Assembly (NCBI GenBank): GCA_000320545.1
Contig: ADNK01000966.1
Coordinates: forward strand, 33,079-97,078
From: Bigelowiella natans CCMP2755
Lineage: Eukaryota > Protista > Cercozoa
Length of the DNA: 64,000 bases
Direction of reading: 5' to 3'
Shown piece by piece: positions 52,491-64,000 of the stretch (the first letter of the stretch is position 1; each line of letters begins with the position of its first letter). Both the position numbers and the translations under genes were made by a program. A model generated the notes under the pieces. It was not told the origin of the DNA and ran no database searches. It saw nothing but the letters and a program-made list of their open reading frames with translations.

Positions 52491-53404
52491 TTATATCGTT
52501 GTGCATGAGTTCAAAAACACAAATTGAGAATGTATATGTTACCTGTGTGCAAGCTGAGCACTCTACATATTTCTTCATTCCCAACTCTTTAGCCAGAGCC
52601 TCTCCTTGCTGCGGCGTAATGGGCTTCTGACCCTTATTGCTCAACTCAGCTAAAAAATCGGAATCCTCTCTTAAGTCATGCTTGGTGCCAACTAGGATCA
52701 TAGGAACGCTGTAATAATATATTGGAATTCGCAAAATTAAGATCACAGATATACCTTTTACGAAAACCTTCAAGATAAATGCGTAATCACAAACAAAATT
52801 TTGCACCATACTTTGGGCAGTGGTGCTTGACTTCCTCAACCCATTTCTCCTTCACGTTATCGAAAGAATCTGGATTGACGACAGAGAAACACACTAGGAA
52901 GACATCGGTATCCCTGTAGCTTAGAGGACGCAATCGATCCTAGTGAAGTTGAATACAAGAATGAGTTACGGTCAGGGTTGGCAACTTGGCAGCCATCAAG
53001 TTGCGGTGTTCACGTTTTGAAGGCAGCACCTCCCCTCCCCTTAGAAAAGAATACAATTATGGAAATGCGCTGTGAAATGAATAACTCACATAGTCTGCCT
53101 GGCCCGCTGTGTCCCAAAGACCAAGATGCACTAATTTACTATCGACGATGACATCGGCAGTGTACTGATATTACAGAAAAAGGAACAATTTTAGGCTTCA
53201 ATCATTCTATGAGATCAGGGAATGCTCATTCAGACGATAGTTGTTCCAGAGTTTCATACATTTACTTTGTGCTAAGGAATAAGTACGTACATTGTCGAAT
53301 ACGGTTGGGATGTACTCCTTTGAGAATCGGTTTGTTGTGTACGAGATCAAAAGGCAGGTTTTCCCAATAGATCCGTCTCCCACCACGACGCACTTGATAT
53401 CCAT
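52147..53404 (-). CDS. RAC: Rac/Rho-family small GTPase, 5 exons, C-terminal CAAX (CTLI)
   Basis: [31 protein letters not shown]|[11 protein letters not shown]|[33 protein letters not shown]. Confidence 0.96.
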
Positions 53405-53838
53405 GTTGACAACCTCTTAATGTTATCTATGTTTCTTAGAAAATCTTATTTCTAGCCGCAGATGAGGCAGAGAAACCAAATTGCGGGGCTATCTTCTTGG
53501 TAAATCGATATCCTGAAGATTAGGTAGCAATCCCACGAGAAGTTCAAAGTTGTTGAGTGACAGATTTAACTTGCTTAGTCCAACTTAAAAATGCAAGGAA
53601 CATTAGCTTCCTCGGAAGGATACACTCTACTCACTTCTTTGTGCTTTCAATTCCAAACAAAAATAATAGATCGCAGTGTTACTCAGCTCAGATCGAAAGG
53701 GAGGGGAGGAAATCCAACGAACCTAGCGCAGATGATTTTATTAGCAGAACATTCCCCTTGTCGCATATTCGATGTTCAATGTATCTAAGCTATGCGACAA
53801 CCCCGCTACTGAAAATGGAATTTGCGTAGCACATTTCA

Positions 53839-55280
53839 ATGGAAGGGACTGCAAATCTTCGGATGCGTCAGACAGAACTGGAAGATTTTGGGGAGCTTAC
53901 AGGCTGCCTCGAGGTAGTGTGCCAGCTACCGCCTTTTTTTCCGGTGTTTTTCCTAAAAACCGGTGGTGTGTTTTAGGCCCGCGACTCGTGCTGCTCTTCA
54001 GCTGTTTCGTGCACGTTCTCCTCTTCTGTCTCCCTGCGCGACAAACGGAACTCTCGAATCTCAGCTACAAGACGTCGAGAATAGCTGTCATAGTTCGTGA
54101 AAGAAAAAATCGGCCTGCAACCCAGTGATTCATCAAGTCGCGCTCTCAAGAGGTCAGATGGGCAGTCGCACGTCACCGAAGCCCCGCCCCCAAAAAATCG
54201 TCGCACATGGAAATCTTACCTCGCCGGCTCCATTCGTAAGCTGAATAGCAATGGGCGATAGCGGAACGATCCAGGTCTGTGCGCTGTAGATGCTCTTCGT
54301 GATACCGGAATGAGAGAATGTTTTTCATGTTCAGGTGCATGCGTGGGTCTCGGAAGTGTACAACGTGGTGGTCGACGCAGCCATGCATGGGAAAGTGCAG
54401 GACCTAATTCATCAAATTGAGGACATGTTTTCCGAGGGGTTGCAGCTGGACTTTAAGATTCTTGCTCTCCAGGATCCCAATCACAACGATCTGCCACCGA
54501 CCTGCAAAGTGAATCTTGTGTTAAAGTCGGTAACTCCTGTATCTGATAGTTGTGATCCTTTTACTTGTGCTAAATTTCAAGGAGACAAAATCGAATTACT
54601 TCTACTTTGCCTTAATGGATTGTGTTGTTCATGCTTCTGTGCAGAAATTTGGATAAGGTCTTCGTGGTTGTGCATCCAAATTCTCTTCATGTTCCAGCTG
54701 CACAGTCCTTCAGAAAGCGACGAAGACGACGACGTCTATTCACCCATGCCTTCGGTGAAAAGAATAATGAAAATAATCTGTCCGAAAGCAAGAAACGGAG
54801 TAGTGGGAGTCAAGATGTTGCTGCTTGTTTCACAAACTACTTCAAGCTCCGTGAGATGCTGAGCAGACCCCGCTCTGTTACGACTCTGATAAAAAGCTTC
54901 CGTCAAAGCCAAAACCGAAGCAACAAGGCAAAATTTATTGAGGACCAGCTGATCCTCACACGTATCCGGATAATTTCGGAAGAGGTCTGTCTTTTGCGCA
55001 ATTCATTTGAATTTCTTTAATTTGGTATATCCATTCAGTTGGAGGACAAGCACTCGGATGGGGAATCGTCATCACAGGGACTCAGTGAGATCGTTGACCG
55101 CCTTCCTCATGGCTTTGAATACATGCTCTGCAGGTTAGAACGATAAGAGGTTATTCGAAGAAGTAGCTGTCTCATTCTTTCCACATCTAATCCCTTTAGT
55201 GTCGGGCGAAGTATTATACAAGAGATTCTGAATTCAAGAATGAAATAGTGAGAGGGGCTTGTCTCCTATCCGGGAAATAG
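53839..55280 (+). CDS. Multi-exon hypothetical protein, head-to-head with Rac; 5' structure unresolved
   Basis: Coding-like exons VHAWVSEVYNVVVDAAMHGKVQDLIHQIEDMF and CFTNYFKLREMLSRPRSVTTLIKSF...RIISEE|LEDKH...EYMLCR|CRAKYY...LSGK*, with GT-AG introns. Confidence 0.5.
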
Positions 55281-55589
55281 ATCTTTGCTTTGGAGACAGA
55301 ACTTCGAATTCAGGAATGTAAAGAGACTGTTCATCACACAAGCATTCAAGAGTTCTTATAGATGTGCTGAGACAAACGGTTTAAATTTTGACGTTGCAAT
55401 GAAAAATTGATCAAGTTCACTTATTCGAGAGATGTACAGTTAATAACCAGAATTAACATTGAAAATTGTTCGTACAGGGGTTAGAATTAGCTACTTTGGT
55501 ATGATTTATCGCGAAGAGAATCGCTGCCAGAACAAATTACACATTAGCGCTTATTATTTTTATATTCTATTCTGTATTAATTGTCCAGC

Positions 55590-56320
55590 TTAGATGTACA
55601 CGTACAGCATGCACGAGGCAGCTTTTATCTAGTCCAGATAGTAAATATATCGCATCGCAGCCGCTGAGGTAGCAAATCGTCTGGCTATATTACCTACTAG
55701 AATGCGATATGCCCTAGCTGGGTGACAGGAAGTGCGTACATGCAATGCGTGCTTTCGATGCGGCGATACGATACGACACGGCTGATATCAAGATATAATA
55801 TGATCTAGCGATGCATTCGTTTTGCGCCATGATTGCATCGTAGCATATCGCTGGCGCACTCGTTGGCGGAAAACATATATCAGACATCCACCAGGACGTA
55901 GATGCAAGCACGCTGCTCTATATGCTCTAGCTAGCTAGCTAGTACTATACTAGTATAGCCTAACTAGCTAAAGCTGACCAGCTGACCACACATGTGCAGA
56001 TCTAGAGATGTCTGCTGTTACAGTGCGCAGCTGAGTAGCTAGCTAGCTAAATTGTATACACAAAGCTGTTTTGGTGTGATCGATATGTGACAGATAGACC
56101 ACCTGCATCGTAGCGACAGTATGACCATCGCAACGATACTGCAATTGCAACACTTGCGTACTTTGCTGGTGCATATAATACTCCATGTCTGTAATGTATA
56201 AATGCATATGTACCGTTGAGAAACAGCGCACAATACAACGCAACATCCAGTGTGTGCGGCACGCATCGCATGCATGACTCTATATGACTGACGCGTCGAT
56301 CACGCGCGCTAGTGATAACG
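55590..56320. other. CTAG/AGCT-rich island between convergent hypothetical and CTDNEP1-like genes
   Basis: e.g. ctctagctagctagctagtactatactagtatagcc, gtagctagctagctaa. Confidence 0.65.
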
Positions 56321-56409
56321 TAATGGGGGAAATAATTTTATCTTGATTCACATCATTGGACTACACAATTTCTTTCTCAACATGTTATTAATTATAGCAA
56401 TTCTTGGGG

Positions 56410-57276
56410 TTAACTCTTTGCTGCACGTCGACGAAGTAGAAAGCGGACATCTTCCATGGAGCGAAGAGCTATTAAGAATGGAATGCAAGTAAGGAGCTCG
56501 TTGTCGCTCGGATCATCGTAGTAAGGCTTTATCGGTATTGCATTATCTGCGATAGCAAAGACATCAATTTAGTTGCAGATAAGATATTCGTTCAAACTAT
56601 TACCTACCTTTGTTCATGGAGTATGCAACAGGACTATTATCGATTATAACTGTGGATTCAAGCTTTGACGTCACCCTCGACAAATCCTTTACGAAGGACC
56701 CATTCCTATCTATACAACTAGATCTGAAGTATCTCCTCCGGACGCACCGATGTGGATCCAAAATATCAATCAGAGGATCAGCGTAATGTCGAACACTAGC
56801 CGTGAATATCACTATTTCATAGTAATTACTTATGAGTGATAGGAATTCTGTCAGGTATGGCCTCTTATAAACAAAAAAAGCCCTACAATCTCTATTATTA
56901 AATATTTCAAGACGGCAATCTGCATTTCCCTTTCCCGCCCATCTTGTAGTGTGCACGAGAGTCTCGTCGAGATCCAGAATCAACGTATACTTTTTCTTCC
57001 CATCAAAAGACAGAGTGGACTTCGGAAGACTACTTATAGATTGTGGATAAGGCTGAGGCTCTTGAGGGGGAACGGTATTATCTGGCCTGATCCGGAGGCG
57101 AAGTAGTAGAGCAACGGCTTGTGGCAAGAAGTCCGTTGTGACGGCAGCGTCTGCGAGGCAAAAAGGCTACCAGTTAGTAGTTGAAACAAGGGCTGGTGTC
57201 GGAGAGACACATGAGCACACATACATATTCGGACGAAGATAGGTGGTAACCACAGGAAAGACCAAGCGCTCCCCAT
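56410..57276 (-). CDS. CTDNEP1/Dullard/Nem1-like HAD (FCP/SCP family) phosphatase with hydrophobic N-terminus, 3 exons
   Basis: DLDETLVH catalytic DxDxT motif, VYKRPY, IFTAS, FVKDL, IIDNSP, DNAIPIKPYYDDPSDNELL...ALRSMEDVR. N-terminus MGSAWSFLWLPPIFVRI|YAAV. Confidence 0.88.
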
Positions 57277-57657
57277 TGACGCACGGGCCCGCGATAATCG
57301 GGCTGATGATGGGTGATGCCAATCTACGGGTGATGCCAATCTATCTAAAGAAGCGGGAGGAGGAGGATTGTGAGAGAAGGGTCAGAGTTCGCATATTCAC
57401 GGGGAGATCTCGGATCTATCAAACATCCGTGATCCCGGAAATCCTGCCGGGGATAATGGAGAAAAATCCGAGCTTGTTCTTCTCCGGGAGTCTCTGGAGA
57501 GACACCGACTATGAGATAAGTCCAGGAGAATCCATAACTGTGATGGCTGCTCCCCTGCAGACGTTCGGGAATGGGGAAGAGAATGGAGGCTGAAAACAAC
57601 ACCACCGTTTCCAATCCATTCTAATTCGGAGAATTCTAAACTTCCGCATCTACTAAG

Positions 57658-58830
57658 ATGGATTCCCGCGCAATCAGAGTCCTGATACGGATTCGACCTC
57701 GCCTGGCATTTGAGGGGCAAGAACCTTGCTACAATAACCTAGTCGTGAACCCCCAGGGAAAGCACAATGTTATCCAGTAATCAAGTTTCTCTCTCACTCT
57801 AGAAATCAGTTTTTCCCTGGAAAGCAAGCTTTGACATGCCATTTTCACAGGGTTTTGATACCGAGCAAGAACGCAGACTATCTAAGGAAGGAGCGCCGAG
57901 AGTTCGACAAAAACATGATCACTCATGAGGTTGTATTCGTCTCGACGGCATCTGATATTTTCTGATGACTCTGGTTTTTTGTATCCAAGTTTTCTTTTGA
58001 TCACGTCCTTGGAGAGGCTGTCAAGCAGGATGATGTATGTAGAAGATGCGGGGTGGACGCCATTGTGGAGTCTCTGCTGGGAGGGTAATGTTTGTAGTAC
58101 TTTCGAATTTCCTCTTCCTCCATTCCCACCATCGAAACCCTTCCACAACCTATGATTATGGATTGAGGACTATGATGGAGAGATCCTCTTTCTAGATTCT
58201 ATTCATTTTAATTGAATTCATTTCTACGACGTACATCCACGTTGCTAGTGAGGCTGCAACAAAAAATTGTTTACTGCGCGCTAATTCAGATGTGACCATG
58301 CACAAACATCAGGTACAATGCCACGATATTCGCGTACGGCCAGACGGGCTCGGGGAAGACGTTCACTATGGACGGATTGCAATACGTCCTGGAGGAGCGG
58401 AAGGTGGGAAAGCGCACGAAAAGAACGCACACGGTTAAGATCGATCAGGCACAGGATGTTGGGATCGTGTTCCGTTGCATCGACAAGATCTTCGAAAAGA
58501 TTCGGCTTGTGGAGCATGAGCAGGAGGAGGGACAAGACCCCAATACAGACCGAGTCTACTCGATAAAGTGCTCTTTTCTCCAAATATACAACGAACACGT
58601 TCACGACCTGCTGGCACCTCTAGAGTCGCGGAAGAAGAATAAAGTTGGGCTTAAGATCCGATGGGCCAAGCGCGAGGGCTTCTTCGTTGAAAATTTGTAT
58701 AAGGTCGATTTCAGCGAGTGCTTCATTTGAATGCATGCGTATAAGGGCCTTTTTGAAGGCACTTAGATCATCCAAACATCTTCTCAGCGAGTTTTCCGTG
58801 GTGGTAAGTGTGGGAAAAGATGCTGCGTTT

Positions 58831-58885
<55 letters not shown>

Positions 58886-58899
58886 AGTGGTTATGTATA

Positions 58900-58942
<43 letters not shown>

Positions 58943-59308
58943 ATGTGACTCTGTTTCTGTTATCGTGCAGAATGAGTGCGACAATCCAGGAATGTGCAAG
59001 AAATACTTCATCACCGGAGTTTCGAACCGTGCAGTGGCTTCCCACGCAATGAATACGAGATCATCCCGCTCGCATTCCATCTTCACTGTGTATCTCACAT
59101 CAGCTCCGAAGGTTTGGTGAACATTTAGGGGTGGGTGACTGGTGGAGAGGATGAAGAAGAAGAAGAAGATGATGATGATGATGATGGTCTCATGGTAAAA
59201 CATGGTAGTTAGCCAGGAGAAAGATATGATGACAAAAGGGCTCCGCACCATCATTTGCTGAAACACGTCTCGCTAAAAAGCTAGCTCTATCGTGACGACT
59301 GGGAATTG

Positions 59309-59339
<31 letters not shown>

Positions 59340-60215
59340 GCCTCAGACAAACCCGGAGATGGAGGTTGTGTCCAAGCTACACCTGGTAGACCTCGCAGGC
59401 TCCGAGCGCATCCGTGACACCGGTGCCACGGGGAAGCTGCTAAAGCAAAGCATAGGCATCAACCGCTCGCTCTTCGTGCTGCGGAAGGTGATCAAGGCCC
59501 TCAGCGTCATCAACCGAAAGCAAGCGCAATTCGCTAGGATGTCCGCGCAGATGCCGCAGAAGGAGCGATCAGAGGCCCGGCAAGGACTGAGCGCCATGAA
59601 GCGACTGGTGCCGTACCGCGATTCATCGCTCACGCGCCTGCTCAAAGACGCTCTTGGCGGGAACAGCATAACTGTCATGGTAGAAGCGCCAGTCAGGCTA
59701 ATACTTTGCTGACGCTGATGAACACCAAATGCTGTATCATCTGTCATGTCTGTGTCTCTTACCTACCTTATACATCTCCTCCTCCTCCTCCTCCTCCTCC
59801 TCCTTTTACTAAAACTAATACTACGACGGTCATACTACAGATTGCATGCTTGGGTCCCCGCGACTCAGCTTGCGAAGAGAACTGCCAGACGTTACGGTAA
59901 TCATGCCTAACTCTGGATGGCAGCAGCTGCTCTCCCTCTAACCTGTGCGTTTTAAGTTCTTTTGGGACATATATAAAACCTGTTGTTGATTTGTCATAAA
60001 TCAGATATGCGTCTCTGGCGAAGAGCATATCGAATAGGGTCGTGGTCAATGCGGATCCTAGGACACAGCTCATCCAAAAACTGCAGGCCGAGGTTCAACC
60101 ACCTTTGATGTACCTCATGCACATGTAGCCATCCCGATGTCTGTCAAATATGGCCACCGGAGATAGATCTCCTCAATCGTCATGCACAAATTGTCCCCCC
60201 CCCCCCCTCTCCCTC

Positions 60216-60256
<41 letters not shown>

Positions 60257-60501
60257 CCTACCCCCGCCCCCGTAATCTTTGACATATAATTTGTAGCACG
60301 TTGAGGTCACAAAGAACTGGGGCAAACGGTGCTTCCTCTGGACGGAAACCATGGGCGGCGCGACAGCGAAAATCTCCCAAAGTGAAGAGATCTACCAAAA
60401 CCTCAAGCAAAATGCCACTGGACGATCTAAAGCAAGAAGCTACGATTCCTATGGTCGAGCTGGCAAAATTGTTTGAGGAGAGATCAATGATGTCCCAATA
60501 G
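57658..60501 (+). CDS. N-terminal-motor kinesin, KIF12/kinesin-16-like, apparently short tail; 3' end approximate
   Basis: [53 protein letters not shown] (KIF12-like), [37 protein letters not shown]|[15 protein letters not shown]. Confidence 0.9.
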
Positions 60502-60539
60502 TGACAAGTAGTCGCACACAGGATGTGCTGTGAGCATTC

Positions 60540-61150
60540 AAGGAACATGTCCTGGAGCCACAGAGATGCGCATCAATCCGCTAGAAATTAACGATAAGAC
60601 AAGATCATTATAATCCAATGTGTCTAGATATCTACGTACTGCGCATGTCTACATGTCTACACATGCATGTGGCGTCCTCTGTCTGCACAGCACAACCTTG
60701 GAATCACTCATCAGCTCACAACTATCTGTGCATGGTTTGTGCAAACTAGCAAACCCCAGTCGAGACAGGGTTTGACGGAGTTGTGCGGTGTCACGCGCAT
60801 CACGTGCAGCACATCCAGATCCAGAGATCTGCGCAGGCGTACCACGCTAGAACGGCAAGAGCTAGAGATGTGGAGAGATGTGTGTGCACATCGATCACAT
60901 TATGCACACAAACTTGAACCACACCAGCACATGTGTGCACTAGTGCAGTCTAGGCAGTCTAGCAGTGTCCATCTACTAGTCTAGTAATGCGCTCGATCGA
61001 GCCGAGCTCACAGCAAGTTGCATTGCTAGATTGCGCAAGCAATGTGTTGTCCACCACACAAGCATTGGGCGCGATGTTTTTGTTTCGGGATGATGCCCAG
61101 TGGTGAATTTGGTTGAGCATGAAGAATGTAACACCATGCATCATGTTGAA
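60540..61150. other. CTAG/CATG/TGCA-rich island between convergent kinesin and UBE2K genes
   Basis: e.g. gcatgtctacatgtctacacatgcatgt, gtgcactagtgcagtctaggcagtctagc. Confidence 0.6.
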
Positions 61151-61171
61151 AGATGAACCTAAGTGTTTTAA

Positions 61172-62115
<944 letters not shown>

Positions 62116-62814
62116 ATGTTGGAAGACAAGTACCATTATCCATGGCGGGTCTACTTTTCTTGAATTTGGAAGATAGGCTCACAGCCCCGCACACGCAAGA
62201 AGTACATGGATGAACAAACGCGCCAAGTGCAAACCATTTACGAACCGATGTAAGCGTGCCCGCACAATTACATGCACATTATTACATGTGATAAACAATT
62301 ACAATCCATTTCCCCCATGTGCCCGCCCAACCCTGCTGCTAGTACACGCGAAAAATAACGTATCCGGAGGCCTGTACCTTCCGCACCCTGTTAAGATTTT
62401 GCATGGTGAGGATGAGATTAGGTGGTGCTGCTGGCAGTGGCGGTATGTTCCTGCTTCTCCTGCGAAATGGGTGTGGGGGTGGGGGTGGGGGTGGGGGTGG
62501 GATGGATGTATCCGAGAGCTTTCTGTGGAACAGGGGGCGGGTTGTGGCGATGATGACACAAATGATCAGCCGAGCCAATTACGACTACTACTACCGAGAA
62601 AGAACCGAAAATGCTTGTCGCTCTGTTGACCCATAGGCGATTATTCTTATACGACAAAGAAACGAAGCTGCGACGACTGCGACAACGGAAGCTCCACTCT
62701 CCAAAGCTACCAAAACAAAAAAGATAGGAAGGACGACGAACGGGGGGGTGAGCTGGCTGGCGGAGCTAATTCAGGATTTATTCGTTGGTACGGAATCTCT
62801 CGAGGAAGAAGCGG

Positions 62815-64000
<1,186 letters not shown>

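Noticed and set aside
57243-57593. ORF containing ESITVM as a possible kinesin start
   Set aside because: The true motor beta-1 strand is [14 protein letters not shown] from the ATG at 57658; this ORF lies in the divergent promoter.

Overview
Gene-dense, intron-rich eukaryotic (protist) nuclear DNA. It uses the standard code, GT-AG introns of mostly 50-300 nt, and many intronic microsatellites. The style suggests a flagellated SAR lineage, possibly a chlorarachniophyte; that is inference only. About 20 protein-coding genes lie largely in alternating orientation. Those I could splice by hand: triosephosphate isomerase with an N-terminal extension, a SPATA4/SPEF1-like CH-domain protein, a signal peptide + 7TM + TKL-kinase fusion, G3BP-like (NTF2-RRM-RGG), a PDZ-ankyrin protein, an EF-hand coiled-coil protein, GSK3, a ubiquitin-like protein with a GG motif at the ubiquitin position, a ~1,900-aa Sfi1-like protein, CEP104-like, a probable Treslin/TICRR (Sld3) orthologue, a Rac GTPase, CTDNEP1-like phosphatase, KIF12-like kinesin, UBE2K/Ubc1 and a DHHC-family palmitoyltransferase cut by the window end. 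I found no rRNA, convincing tRNA, CRISPR or transposase. The most notable items are the GPCR-like receptor-kinase fusion, a candidate new ubiquitin-like modifier, the Treslin orthologue, a putative mitochondrial TPI, and a recurrent CTAG/AGCT/CATG/TGCA-rich island downstream of most genes. All gene models are manual and not validated by transcripts; family assignments rest on recalled motifs, not database searches.
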